The translations under genes were made by a program, and so were the position numbers. Shown in pieces: positions 36,351-46,410 of a stretch of 64,000 bases of DNA. The notes under the pieces were generated by a model. That model was not told the origin of the DNA. It was given only the letters and a program-made list of their open reading frames with translations, and did not search any database. The DNA comes from an uncultured Eubacteriales bacterium (GTDB lineage Bacteria > Bacillota > Clostridia > Christensenellales > Aristaeellaceae): positions 7,934 to 71,933 of the forward strand of contig ONHI01000001.1 in the NCBI GenBank assembly GCA_900317565.1, in the 5' to 3' direction. Positions within the stretch are counted from its first letter, which is position 1, and the number at the start of each line of letters is the position of its first letter.

Positions 36351-36713
36351 TCATCTCCTCGATTGTCTCGTGTGCTTCCGCTTGCCCCCGCGTTCCTTCA
36401 GGACCTGGCCCGCGGCCGCGCCCACCAGCGACAGCAGCGCCGTCAAAAGCCCCGCGCCGGGATTGGGGGAATAGCCCCACAGCGCGAAGTGCGCCGCGAA
36501 CAGGCACGCCGCGGGGGCGAGCCACGCCAGATAGTTGTTCAGGCCCCGGCCCACCGCCCGGCAGGCGGTCAACAGCCCCGCCAGCGGCACGACGCCCCAG
36601 AGCATCGCGGTGTACAGCGCCTCGTGCGCGCTTCGGGACAGCGCCGCCAGCGCCGATACCGCCAGCATCAGGGCGATCTGAAGGGCCCAGGCCCATATCC
36701 ATCCATGCTTCAT
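36351..36713 (-). CDS. Small hydrophobic membrane protein
   Basis: Start at MKHGWIWAWALQIALMLAVSALAAL. Four hydrophobic segments. 4 nt upstream of the kinase gene. Confidence 0.55.
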   Translation of the reverse strand: MKHGWIWAWALQIALMLAVSALAALSRSAHEALYTAMLWGVVPLAGLLTACRAVGRGLNNYLAWLAPAACLFAAHFALWGYSPNPGAGLLTALLSLVGAAAGQVLKERGGKRKHTRQSRR

Positions 36714-36832
36714 GCTTCTATTATAGCCTGAATTTTCGGGAATGACAATACTGCATTTATAATGGTAAATCGTTTGACTTGACAAATGGACCCCGTTCGG
36801 GATAGTATATGTATGGAAGGGGTGATCGCAAC

Positions 36833-37150
36833 ATGGATTACGGCAAGCTCGGCGTGCGCGTGCGGCAGCAGCGCGAATTGAGCGGATTGACCCAGGGACA
36901 GCTGGCAAAGCAGGTGGGCTGCTCCACCTCCTTCATCGGCCACATCGAGCGCGGCGAGAAGAAGGCCAGCGTGGAGACCGTGGTGGCGCTGTGCAACGCG
37001 CTGGCGGTGTCGCCGTCGGTGCTGTTGCAGGATTCCCTCACCGACGACGTGATGCAGAGCCAGCTGGCGCTGGACGAGAACAACATGGAGCTGATGAGCG
37101 GCCTGATGCACGTGCTGAGGGAGCACAGCAGAAAAGCGGAGTATAAATGA
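36833..37150 (+). CDS. XRE family HTH transcriptional regulator
   Basis: LGVRVRQQRELSGLTQGQLAKQVGCSTSFIGHIERGEKKASVETVVALCNAL. Confidence 0.85.
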   Translation: MDYGKLGVRVRQQRELSGLTQGQLAKQVGCSTSFIGHIERGEKKASVETVVALCNALAVSPSVLLQDSLTDDVMQSQLALDENNMELMSGLMHVLREHSRKAEYK

Positions 37151-37257
37151 CGGAATCTGTCGCTTCGCGTCCTTGACGTTTTCCTTTTCATACGGTATAA
37201 TTATATTACTGTATAAACATGATAAAACAATATCATGGGGATGGGGAGGTAAATGCC

Positions 37258-37563
37258 ATGTTTTCATCCAGACTGCAAAACGAGCAGACCGACAACCTGG
37301 CGCGGGCTTTCCTTGCGCTCAGCAGCATGGAGGACTGCTATCGCCTGTTTGAGGATCTGTTTACCATCCGGGAAATCCAGGACCTTTCCCAGCGGCTGGA
37401 GGTTGCCCAGCTGCTGCAGAGCCAGGCGACCTATACCGAAATCGTTGAAAAGACCGGCGTGTCCACCGCCACCATCGGCCGCGTGAACCGGGCGCTGAAT
37501 TACGGCGCGGGCGGCTATCAGCGGGTGCTGGAGCAGATACGCCAGAGGGACGCGGACGAATGA
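37258..37563 (+). CDS. yerC: YerC/YecD family TrpR-related protein
   Basis: FLALSSMEDCYRLFEDLFTIREIQDLSQRLEVAQLL...TYTEIVEKTGVSTATIGRVNRAL. Lies upstream of pcrA, as in Bacillus. Confidence 0.85.
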   Translation: MFSSRLQNEQTDNLARAFLALSSMEDCYRLFEDLFTIREIQDLSQRLEVAQLLQSQATYTEIVEKTGVSTATIGRVNRALNYGAGGYQRVLEQIRQRDADE

Positions 37564-39872
37564 TCGACCTGAATCAATTGAATCCCCAGCAGCGCGCCGC
37601 CGTCGAGCAGACGGAAGGCCCGCTGCTTGTTTTGGCCGGAGCGGGCAGCGGCAAGACCCGGGTGCTGACCTATCGGGTGGCTCACCTGATGGAGAAGGGC
37701 GTCGCGCCTTGGCACATACTGGCCATCACCTTCACCAACAAGGCGGCCCGGGAGATGGCCGAGCGCGTGCACGCCCTGGCGGGCCAGGCCTCCGAGGACG
37801 CCTGGATCTCCACGTTCCATTCCTGCTGCGCGCGGATACTGCGCCGGGACATCGAAAAGCTGGGCTACAAGCGCCAGTTCGCCATCTACGACGAGGACGA
37901 CCGCATGTCCGTCATACGCGCCGTGGCGAAGGAGCTGAACCTGTCGGACAAGGAATTCCCGCCCAAGCAGATCAAGGCGGTGATCTCCGACGCGAAGAAC
38001 AGGCTGCTGACCCCCACGGAGTGGCTGAAGGAATCGGAGGGCGATTTCCGCAGCCGCAAGCTGTACGAGGCCTACCGGCTCTACGAGCAGTCGCTGCGGG
38101 GCAACAACGCGCTGGACTTCGACGATCTGCTGATCAAGACGCTGGTGCTGCTGACAGAGCATCCCCCGGTGCTGGACTATTACCGGGACAAGTTCCGCTA
38201 CATACTGGTGGACGAATACCAGGACACCAACGCGGCCCAGTACATGCTGGTGCGGCTGCTGGCCGGGGACAGGCACAACCTGTGCGTGGTGGGCGACGAC
38301 GACCAGTCCATCTACGGCTGGCGCGGCGCGGACCTGCGCAACATACTGGACTTCGAGAAGGACTTCCCGGAGTGCGTGACCATCAAGCTGGAGCAGAATT
38401 ACCGCTCCACCGGCAATATACTGGACGCCGCCAACCAGGTGATCGCCCACAACCGGGGCCGCAAGGAGAAGGCGCTCTGGACCGAGGCGGGGGACGGCGA
38501 GCGCGTGGCGCTGTACCACGCCATGGACGAGCGGGACGAGGCCGCCTTCATCGCCGCCATGTCCCGAAAGCTGATCGCAGGCGGGGAGACCCCCGGCAGC
38601 ATCGCGGTGCTCTATCGCACCAACGCCCAGTCCCGCGTGCTTGAGGAGGCCTTCGTGCGGGGCGGCACGCCCTACAGGGTCTACGGCGGCCAGCGCTTCT
38701 ATGAGCGCAAGGAGGTCAAGGACCTGATCGCCTACATGCGCGCGCTGGTGAACCCCGACGACGACGTGTCCACCCGGCGCATCATCAACGAGCCCAAGCG
38801 GGGCATCGGCGACACCACCATCGACAAGCTGGCGGAGTACGCCCGGGAGAACGAAATGCCGCTGATGTCCGCGGTGCTGGACTATGAAAACGCGCCCCTG
38901 ACGTCGCGTCCCAAGAAGCTGCTGGGCGAATTCGCCGCGCTGATGATCGACCTGACGGAGCTGATGTACGAAAAGAAGCTGTCTGAGTTCGTGGAGGCGC
39001 TGATCGAGCGCACCGGCTACGTCGCGGCGCTGGAGGCCGCCAAGAGCGAGGAGAACGAGAGCCGCATCGAGAACATACAGGAGCTGCAAGGCGCGGTCTC
39101 CGAATTCGAGAAGCTGAACCCGGAGGGCGGGCTCAGCGATTTCCTGGAGAACGTGGCGCTGGTCTCCGACCTGGACGCCATGAACGAGTCCGGCGGCGCG
39201 GTGACGCTGATGACGCTGCACTCCGCAAAGGGCCTGGAGTTCAACGACGTGTTCCTGGCCGGCATGGAGGAGGGCGTGTTCCCGCTGACCCGGGCCGTGT
39301 TCGACGATGACCTGATGGAGGAGGAGCGCAGGCTGGCCTACGTGGGCATCACCCGGGCAAAGCGGCGGCTGTTCCTCAGCCACGCCCGGACCCGCGCGCT
39401 GTACAACACCCGCAGCGCCAACGAGCTGTCCCGCTTCGTCACCGAGATCCCCCAGCGGCTGATCGTGGACGGCATGGGAAGGACGGACACCCGCCGGGTG
39501 CCGCCACCCACCCAGCGGGGCGGCTGGGCCCAGCCCACCCGCTCGCCCTACAACAGCCAGTTCCGCTCCGGGCCCACCGGCGGCGGACAGACCACCGGCA
39601 GCGCCGAGCTGGACCGGAAGCTGGGCATCGCCGGGGTGCAGAAGGGCTCCTCCGGCGGCTTCAACTGGGACCGCGGGCCGCAGCCGCGGGTGACGAAGCC
39701 CGCCGCCGTGTTCCGGCCCGGCGACGCCGTGCACCACCGGGTGTTCGGCCGGGGCGAGGTCGTCGCCCTCTCCGGCCAGGGCGCGGAGCAGCGGGTGAAG
39801 ATCCGCTTCGCCAACGGCTCCGAGCGCACCTTTTCTGCCGTCGCCGCCCCGATCGTGAAGGTGGAGAAGTAG
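37560..39872 (+). CDS. pcrA: ATP-dependent DNA helicase PcrA (UvrD family)
   Basis: LNPQQRAAVE, Walker A AGAGSGKTRVLTYRVAHL, VDEYQDTN, VGDDDQSIYGWRGA, TLHSAKGLEF, YVGITRAK. Confidence 0.95.
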   Translation: MIDLNQLNPQQRAAVEQTEGPLLVLAGAGSGKTRVLTYRVAHLMEKGVAPWHILAITFTNKAAREMAERVHALAGQASEDAWISTFHSCCARILRRDIEKLGYKRQFAIYDEDDRMSVIRAVAKELNLSDKEFPPKQIKAVISDAKNRLLTPTEWLKESEGDFRSRKLYEAYRLYEQSLRGNNALDFDDLLIKTLVLLTEHPPVLDYYRDKFRYILVDEYQDTNAAQYMLVRLLAGDRHNLCVVGDDDQSIYGWRGADLRNILDFEKDFPECVTIKLEQNYRSTGNILDAANQVIAHNRGRKEKALWTEAGDGERVALYHAMDERDEAAFIAAMSRKLIAGGETPGSIAVLYRTNAQSRVLEEAFVRGGTPYRVYGGQRFYERKEVKDLIAYMRALVNPDDDVSTRRIINEPKRGIGDTTIDKLAEYARENEMPLMSAVLDYENAPLTSRPKKLLGEFAALMIDLTELMYEKKLSEFVEALIERTGYVAALEAAKSEENESRIENIQELQGAVSEFEKLNPEGGLSDFLENVALVSDLDAMNESGGAVTLMTLHSAKGLEFNDVFLAGMEEGVFPLTRAVFDDDLMEEERRLAYVGITRAKRRLFLSHARTRALYNTRSANELSRFVTEIPQRLIVDGMGRTDTRRVPPPTQRGGWAQPTRSPYNSQFRSGPTGGGQTTGSAELDRKLGIAGVQKGSSGGFNWDRGPQPRVTKPAAVFRPGDAVHHRVFGRGEVVALSGQGAEQRVKIRFANGSERTFSAVAAPIVKVEK

Positions 39873-40123
39873 CGGAGAATCCCCCCGGATTCGCCGCAAA
39901 TATGTGCTTGGTTGTTCACATTGAGTACATGTATCGGCGCTATACTGCAACCATCGGGGGTTCGCCACTCCCGTTGAAAATACATATCCACTGTTCCCCG
40001 CCGGACGGCGTCAACTTGCAAGGGCGTCGCAGCATGGCGGGGACAGACTATTTTTGGCGTTTGCCGCCTATTTTTCCGCTAAATGAGGTAAAAATATCCT
40101 CATGGAATGATAACACAAATGAT

Positions 40124-40152
40124 TTGACATCAATGAACCGTTACATTATAAT
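40124..40152 (+). promoter_or_regulatory. Consensus sigma-A promoter of the polysaccharide locus
   Basis: TTGACA (40124-40129), 17-nt spacer, TATAAT (40147-40152). Followed by an untranslated leader of about 240 nt. Confidence 0.7.
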
Positions 40153-40401
40153 ATAAGAGTATAGGCAGGATTACGATGCGATGCCTATACATTCACGGTT
40201 TACAGCGACAAGAAGGGGACGGAAGCGGCACCTGCTGGCATGGCGGGCCGACGAAGCCCGGAAGCATACAGCGGAGAAGGCGCAGGCCTGCCGGACGGCA
40301 TGGGGCCCGCGGTGGGCGAAGCTTTGCCCTTATGCGCCTTTTTGGAGGGCGCTTCCGCTGTGCGTGCGTCTTGCCGAAAATCATAGCGCAAGGATAAAAC
40401 G

Positions 40402-41847
40402 ATGTACAAGCGATCAGAGCAGGGCTGGCTCAAGCATCTGGACTTCATATTCCTGGATGTGCTGTGCGCACAGGTCGCGTTGATGCTGGCCTATGGCCTG
40501 CGGTTTGGTTTTACACAGTTCATATACGCAGACGAGGATTTTCGCAAGATGGCGATCTGGATGGCGCTGTTTTGCGTGATCATCGCCGTTGTGTTCAACA
40601 CGATGCACGACGTGCTGAAGCGGTCGCGCTTTGCCGAGATCCGGCATACGCTGACCCAGTGCTCGCTGGTGTTCGCGGCGGTCGTCGTGTTCCTGTATTC
40701 CGTCAAGGACGCGGAGAAATACTCCCGCCTGGTGGTTTGGGGCACGCTGCCGATCTACATGGCCATCACGCTGACGACGCGCATGCTGTGGAAGCGCTGG
40801 CTGCTGCGCCGCCGCGCCGCGGGCAACCAGCGCGGCATGCTGCTGGTCACCGACGCCGCCTCGGCGGCCGCCAGCGTGGAGCGCTTCGAGAGCCATCCCG
40901 TGGAGCGGGTCAACCTGTGCGGCATCGTGCTGACGGACCGGGACGGCAAGGGCGAGCAGATCGCGGGCGTGCCCGTGGTGGCGAACCTGGACGACGCGGC
41001 CCGCTACATCTGCCGGGAGTGGATCGACGAGGTCTTCATCGGCGTCTCCGATTCCGCGTCCACGCCCTACACGCTGATGGACCGGTGCAGGGAGATGGGC
41101 GTCACGGTGCATCTGCAGATCATGCCCACCGGCAGCCGCACCCAGTTCGTGGAGCGGATCGCCGGCGCGACCGTGGTGACCAGCAGCATGAACTTCGCCA
41201 GCCCCGTCCAGCTGTTCATCAAGCGCGCCATCGACATACTGGGCGGCCTGGTGCTGAGCCTGCTGGCGCTGCTGGCCATCGCCATCATCGGCCCCATGGT
41301 CAAGCACGCCTCGCCCGGGCCCGTGCTCTACAAGCAGGAGCGCATCGGCCAGAACGGGCGCAAGTTCAAGATGTACAAGATCCGCAGCATGCACGTGGAT
41401 GCCGACGCCCACAAGCAGGAGCTGATGGACCAGAACCGGGTGGGCAGCGGGCTGATGTTCAAGCTGGACTTCGACCCCCGCATCATCGGCAACGAGATAC
41501 TGCCCGACGGCACCCACAAGCGGGGCATGGGCGAGTTCATCCGCTGGTACAGCCTGGACGAGCTGCCCCAGGGCTTCAACGTGCTGCTGGGCCAGATGAG
41601 CCTGGTGGGCACGCGCCCGCCCACGGTGGACGAGTGGGAGCGCTATGAATACCACCACCGCGCCCGCCTGGCGATGAAGCCGGGCATCACCGGCATGTGG
41701 CAGGTGCAGGGGCGCAGCAAGATCACCGACTTCGAGGAGATCACACGGCTGGACACCGACTACATCGCCAACTGGGACATCGGCCTGGATTTCAGGATAC
41801 TGTTCAAGACCGTCTGGGTGGTCATTCAGCGCAAGGGCGCGATGTAG
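40402..41847 (+). CDS. Polyprenyl-phosphate glycosylphosphotransferase (WbaP/WsaP-type initiating sugar transferase)
   Basis: N-terminal TM segments. C-terminal bacterial sugar transferase domain KQERIGQNGRKFKMYKIRSM...DELPQGFNVLLGQMSLVGTRPP. Confidence 0.9.
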   Translation: MYKRSEQGWLKHLDFIFLDVLCAQVALMLAYGLRFGFTQFIYADEDFRKMAIWMALFCVIIAVVFNTMHDVLKRSRFAEIRHTLTQCSLVFAAVVVFLYSVKDAEKYSRLVVWGTLPIYMAITLTTRMLWKRWLLRRRAAGNQRGMLLVTDAASAAASVERFESHPVERVNLCGIVLTDRDGKGEQIAGVPVVANLDDAARYICREWIDEVFIGVSDSASTPYTLMDRCREMGVTVHLQIMPTGSRTQFVERIAGATVVTSSMNFASPVQLFIKRAIDILGGLVLSLLALLAIAIIGPMVKHASPGPVLYKQERIGQNGRKFKMYKIRSMHVDADAHKQELMDQNRVGSGLMFKLDFDPRIIGNEILPDGTHKRGMGEFIRWYSLDELPQGFNVLLGQMSLVGTRPPTVDEWERYEYHHRARLAMKPGITGMWQVQGRSKITDFEEITRLDTDYIANWDIGLDFRILFKTVWVVIQRKGAM

Positions 41848-41851
41848 CGCG

Positions 41852-42982
41852 ATGAAGAAGATCCTTCACATCTCAAAATACTACGCCCCCTTCAGCGGCG
41901 GCACCGAAAAGGTGGCCCGGGATTGCGTGCTGGCGCTGGCGGACGACTATGCCCAGCGGGTGATCTGCTTCAACCACGAGCCGGGCACCCGCACGGACGA
42001 GGTCGACGGCGTCGGGGTGGTGCGCGCGGGCTGCTTCGCCAAGGTGGCCTCCCAGTCCCTGTCCCTGGAATACGGCAGGCTGCTGCGGGAGGAGATCAAG
42101 AAGTTCGCACCGGACGCGATCATATTCCACTATCCAAACCCCTTCGTGGCCCGCTACCTGCTCAAATACATCCCCGACGGCACGAAGCTGGTGGTGTACT
42201 GGCACCTGGACATCGTCAAGCAGCGGCTGCTGAAGCAGCTGTTCCGGAGCCAGAACGAGCAGCTGGTGCGCAGGGCGGACGTGCTGGTGGCCACCAGCAG
42301 CGCCTATGCAAAGGGCAGCCCCCACCTCTCGGCGGCGGGGGAGAAGTGCCGCATTGTGCCCAACTGCATCGACGCCGGGCACCTGACGCCGGATGCGCGC
42401 TCGGAGCGCGTCGCGCGGCAGGTCCGCGCGGAGAACGCCGGCAGGACGATCTGCTTCGCCGTGGGCCGTCACACCCGCTACAAGGGCTACGATCATCTGA
42501 TCCGGGCCGCCGGATACCTGGACGACGGCTTTGTCGTCTACATCGGCGGGACCGGCGAGGAGACCCCGAAGCTCAAGCAGCTGACCGCGGGGAATGACAG
42601 GATACGCTTCCTGGGCCGCATCGACGACGACACGCTGAAGGGATACATGTCCGCGATGGACATATTCTGCTTTCCGTCGGTGACCAAGAACGAGGCCTTC
42701 GGCGTGGCGCTGGCCGAGGCGATGTACTTCGGCAAGCCCGCGGTGACGTTCACGATCCCGGGTTCCGGCGTCAACACCGTGTGCCTGGACGGCGAGGACG
42801 GCATCGAGGTGCCCAACGGGGACGCGAAGGCCTACGCGGACGCGCTCCGCAGGCTCGCCGCGGACCCGGATCTGCGCGCGCGGATGGGCGCGAACGCCCG
42901 GCGGCGCGTGGAGGAGCACTTCCTGTACGGCCAATTCAGCGAAAGAATCCGCGCGATGATGGATGAGCTCATCCGGCGGTGA
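41852..42982 (+). CDS. Glycosyltransferase family 4
   Basis: ILHISKYYAPFSGGTEKV...FPSVTKNEAFGVALAEAMYFGKPAV (E-x7-E). Confidence 0.88.
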   Translation: MKKILHISKYYAPFSGGTEKVARDCVLALADDYAQRVICFNHEPGTRTDEVDGVGVVRAGCFAKVASQSLSLEYGRLLREEIKKFAPDAIIFHYPNPFVARYLLKYIPDGTKLVVYWHLDIVKQRLLKQLFRSQNEQLVRRADVLVATSSAYAKGSPHLSAAGEKCRIVPNCIDAGHLTPDARSERVARQVRAENAGRTICFAVGRHTRYKGYDHLIRAAGYLDDGFVVYIGGTGEETPKLKQLTAGNDRIRFLGRIDDDTLKGYMSAMDIFCFPSVTKNEAFGVALAEAMYFGKPAVTFTIPGSGVNTVCLDGEDGIEVPNGDAKAYADALRRLAADPDLRARMGANARRRVEEHFLYGQFSERIRAMMDELIRR

Positions 42983-43010
42983 CGCCCGCGCTTGAGAAGA
43001 GGATGGACGC

Positions 43011-44102
43011 TTGAAGATCATTCAGCTGGCCACGAACCTGAACGTCGGCGACGCCATCGGCAACGAGATGCTGGCGATCCACCGGGCGCTGACGGGCGCG
43101 GGCTACGACTGCCGCATCATGGCGCTGACCATCCACCCGCAGCTGGCCCGGATGGCCTCCGCCGTGGATTTCTCCGCCATACAGCCGGAGGACCTGGTCA
43201 TATTCCACAAGATGAACGGCGACGCCTTCACCGAGCGCGTTGCGGCGCTGGACGCCAAAAAGGTGGTGCTGTACCACAACATCACCCCGGGCAAATTCTT
43301 CCTGGCCTACGACAGCGTCATGGCCTGGAACCTGTGGCGCGGGCGGCGGCAGCTGAAGCGCCTGGCGGGCCATGTGGACTACGGCTGGGGCGATTCCGAA
43401 TACAACTGCCGGGAGCTGGCGCAGGCGGGCTTTCCCCGGGAACGGCTGTCGGTGCTGCCGATACTGTTCGAGCCGGACCGGACGACGGTCCCGCCGGACG
43501 GTGCGGTGGCCGCGAGGCTGGCGAAGGCGCCCGGGACGAAGCTGCTGTTCATCGGCAGGATCGCGCCGAACAAGAGGCAGGAGGACGTCATCAAGGTCTA
43601 CTGCCGCTTTTTGCAGACGGTGGACAGCCGCGCCACGCTGTACCTGGTGGGCTCCTGGACGGGCTTTGAGAAGTACTACGCCAAGCTGAAGGGCTTCGCG
43701 GCGGACCTGGGGCTGTCGGACGAGCAGGTGGTGTTCACCGGGCTGGTGTCCGAGGCGGAGAAGGCCGCCTACCTGCATGGCGCGGACGCCTTTGTGTGCA
43801 TGAGCGAGCACGAGGGCTTCGGCGTGCCGCTGGTGGAGGCCATGCGCGTGGGATTGCCCGTGGCGGCCTACGCCTCCTCCGCGGTGCCGGAGACGCTGGG
43901 CGACAACGGGCTGCTGTTCGGGGAGAAGCGCTGGGACGAGATCGCCGGCAAGCTCGGGCAGCTGTGCCGGGACGCCGGCTTCCGCGCGGGCGTGCTGGAG
44001 CGGCAGCGGCAGCAGCTGGCCCGGTTCGAGGGCGACGGCACGCGGCAGAGGCTGCTGGCGCTGGTGGAGCGGGCGATCGCGGACGGAGGGACGAAGGCAT
44101 GA
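43011..44102 (+). CDS. Glycosyltransferase family 4 (paralog of 51488..52564)
   Basis: GDAIGNEMLAIHRAL, YHNITPGKFF, GRIAPNKRQEDVI, MSEHEGFGVPLVEAM. Confidence 0.85.
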   Translation: MKIIQLATNLNVGDAIGNEMLAIHRALTGAGYDCRIMALTIHPQLARMASAVDFSAIQPEDLVIFHKMNGDAFTERVAALDAKKVVLYHNITPGKFFLAYDSVMAWNLWRGRRQLKRLAGHVDYGWGDSEYNCRELAQAGFPRERLSVLPILFEPDRTTVPPDGAVAARLAKAPGTKLLFIGRIAPNKRQEDVIKVYCRFLQTVDSRATLYLVGSWTGFEKYYAKLKGFAADLGLSDEQVVFTGLVSEAEKAAYLHGADAFVCMSEHEGFGVPLVEAMRVGLPVAAYASSAVPETLGDNGLLFGEKRWDEIAGKLGQLCRDAGFRAGVLERQRQQLARFEGDGTRQRLLALVERAIADGGTKA

Positions 44103-44236
44103 GGCAAGACGCGCAGTTCAAGCCCCTCTGGCGCATCCACAACGCCACCTATCGCAAATACGTCAAGGGATATACCCTCAAGCGCTTTGCGCGCTATTTC
44201 ACGAAGCTCCGCAAGATACTGGGGATCCGGGGCTGA
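44099..44236 (+). CDS. Small basic ORF (45 aa), hypothetical
   Basis: ATGA start/stop overlap with the upstream GT4. MRQDAQFKPLWRIHNATYRKYVKGYTLKRFARYFTKLRKILGIRG. No recognisable family. Confidence 0.3.
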   Translation: MRQDAQFKPLWRIHNATYRKYVKGYTLKRFARYFTKLRKILGIRG

Positions 44237-44265
44237 GAATAACACAGCGAAAGCGAGAGATTCCA

Positions 44266-45336
44266 ATGAAGAAGACAGCACTGATCATGGCCGGGGGCCG
44301 GGGCGAGCGCTTCTGGCCGGAGAGCCGCATGGACATGCCCAAGCAGTTCCTCTCCCTGACCGGCGACGGCAGGACGATGATCCAGCTGACGGTGGAGCGC
44401 ATCAAGTCCCTGGTGGACATCGAGGACATATACATCGCCACCAACGAGAGCTACATGGAGCTGGTGAAGCGGCAGCTGCCCGGCCTGCCGGAGGAGAACA
44501 TACTCTGCGAGCCGGTGGGCCGCAACACCGCGCCCTGCATCGGCCTGGGCGCGGAGCACATCGCCCGGAAGTACGGCGACGCGCTGATGCTGGTGCTGCC
44601 CAGCGACCATCTGATCAAGTACAACGCGATATTCTGCCAGACGCTGGAGGACGCCTGCGCCGTGGCGGAGCAGGGTGGCAACCTGGTGACGCTGGGCATC
44701 ACGCCGGACAACCCGGACACGGGCTACGGCTACATCAAGTTCAACCCGGAGCAGATCGTGGGCCGCGCCTACGCGGTGGAGCGCTTCGTGGAGAAGCCGG
44801 ACCTGGAGACGGCGAAGGGCTATCTGGCCTCCCACGAATACCTGTGGAACAGCGGCATGTTCATCTGGAAGACCTCGTCGATCCTGGAGAACCTGCGCGC
44901 CTTCCTGCCGGACATGTACGAGGGGCTGGAGCGCATCCGCGCCGCCATCGGCACGCCGGAGCAGCAGGCGGCGCTGGAGCGGGAGTTCCGGGGATTCAAG
45001 TCGGTCTCCATCGACTACGGCGTGATGGAGAAGGCGAAGGACATCTACTGCCTGGCGGGCAACTTCGGCTGGGACGACGTGGGCTCCTGGCTGGCGGTGG
45101 GCCGCATCCGCAAGACCAATGAGTTCGGCAACGTTGTCAACGGCAACGTGGTCACCATCGACACCAAGAATTCCATCATACAGGGCAAGGACAAGCTGAT
45201 CGCCGCCGTGGGCCTGCGGGACATCGTGATCGTCGACACCGACGACGCCATACTGATCTGCGAAAAGGACAGCGCGGGGGACATCAAGAAGGTATTGGAG
45301 AACCTGAGGATCTGCAACAAGTATCAGTATCTCTGA
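44266..45336 (+). CDS. manC: Mannose-1-phosphate guanylyltransferase
   Basis: ALIMAGGRGERFWPESR...PKQFL, GYGYIK, FVEKPDLETAKGYL, WNSGMFIW. Confidence 0.9.
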   Translation: MKKTALIMAGGRGERFWPESRMDMPKQFLSLTGDGRTMIQLTVERIKSLVDIEDIYIATNESYMELVKRQLPGLPEENILCEPVGRNTAPCIGLGAEHIARKYGDALMLVLPSDHLIKYNAIFCQTLEDACAVAEQGGNLVTLGITPDNPDTGYGYIKFNPEQIVGRAYAVERFVEKPDLETAKGYLASHEYLWNSGMFIWKTSSILENLRAFLPDMYEGLERIRAAIGTPEQQAALEREFRGFKSVSIDYGVMEKAKDIYCLAGNFGWDDVGSWLAVGRIRKTNEFGNVVNGNVVTIDTKNSIIQGKDKLIAAVGLRDIVIVDTDDAILICEKDSAGDIKKVLENLRICNKYQYL

Positions 45337-45372
45337 TTTCAATACAACAAATAACAGCGAGGAGAGACAACC

Positions 45373-46410
45373 ATGAAAAAGGCATTGATCACCGGTATCA
45401 CTGGACAGGACGGCTCCTATCTGGCCGAGCTGCTGCTCGAAAAGGGCTATGAGGTGCACGGCATCGTGCGCCGCGCCTCCGTGGCGACCACGGGCCGCAT
45501 CGATCACATCATCGACAAGCTCCACATCCACGAGGGCGACCTCTCCGATTCCTCCAGCATCACCCGCATCGTGCTGAACGTGAAGCCGGACGAGATCTAC
45601 AACCTGGCCGCCCAGAGCCACGTGGGCGTCAGCTTCGAGGCCGCCGAGTACACCGGCGACGTGGACGCGCTGGGCGTGCTGCGCATACTGGAGGCGGTGC
45701 ACACCGCGGGCCTGGACAAGACCTGCCGCATCTATCAGGCGTCCACCTCCGAGCTGTACGGCAAGGTGGAGGAGTGCCCCCAGAACGAAAAGACCCCCTT
45801 CCATCCCTACAGCCCCTACGCCGTGGCGAAGCAGTACGGCTTCTGGATGATGAAGGAGTACCGCGAGGCCTACGGCATGTTCGCCTGCAACGGCATACTG
45901 TTCAACCACGAATCCGAGCGCCGCGGCGACAACTTCGTCACCCGCAAGATCACGCTGGCGGCGGGCCGCATCGCCTGCGGGCTGCAGGACCACCTGGAGC
46001 TGGGCAACCTGGATTCCCTGCGCGACTGGGGCTATGCCAAGGATTACGTGGAGTGCATGTGGCTGATCCTGCAGCAGGACGAGCCGGACGACTATGTCAT
46101 CGCCACCGGCGTGCAGCACACCGTGCGCGAATTCACCACGCTGGCCTTTGCCCACGACGGCATCGAGATCGAGTGGAAGGGCGAGGGCCTGGACGAGAAG
46201 GGCTATGACAAGAAGACCGGCAAGATGGTGGTCTGCGTCAATCCCCAGTGGTTCCGCCCGACGGACGTCGTGAACCTGTGGGGCGATCCCACCAAGGCGC
46301 GCACCAAACTGGGCTGGAATCCCCAAAAGACCAGCTATGAGCAGCTCTGCGCCATCATGGCCGAGCACGACCTGCAGAAGGCGAAGCGCGAAGCGAGGGA
46401 CAGGGCATGA
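45373..46410 (+). CDS. gmd: GDP-mannose 4,6-dehydratase
   Basis: [51 protein letters not shown]. Confidence 0.95.
   Translation: MKKALITGITGQDGSYLAELLLEKGYEVHGIVRRASVATTGRIDHIIDKLHIHEGDLSDSSSITRIVLNVKPDEIYNLAAQSHVGVSFEAAEYTGDVDALGVLRILEAVHTAGLDKTCRIYQASTSELYGKVEECPQNEKTPFHPYSPYAVAKQYGFWMMKEYREAYGMFACNGILFNHESERRGDNFVTRKITLAAGRIACGLQDHLELGNLDSLRDWGYAKDYVECMWLILQQDEPDDYVIATGVQHTVREFTTLAFAHDGIEIEWKGEGLDEKGYDKKTGKMVVCVNPQWFRPTDVVNLWGDPTKARTKLGWNPQKTSYEQLCAIMAEHDLQKAKREARDRA

Noticed and set aside
40153-40401. c-di-GMP (GEMM-I/II) riboswitch in the polysaccharide leader.
   Set aside because: I could not find the conserved GEMM motifs (for example the ACGCAAAGC-type tetraloop-receptor elements) by eye. 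It is kept only as an unclassified structured leader pending a covariance-model search.
40176-40483. Small ORFs in the leader region (40176..40397 +, 40181..40483 +, 40193..40384 -, 40200..40448 -).
   Set aside because: They are Arg/Pro/Ala-rich, mutually overlapping in several frames, and lack SD sequences. The region is better explained as a structured untranslated leader.
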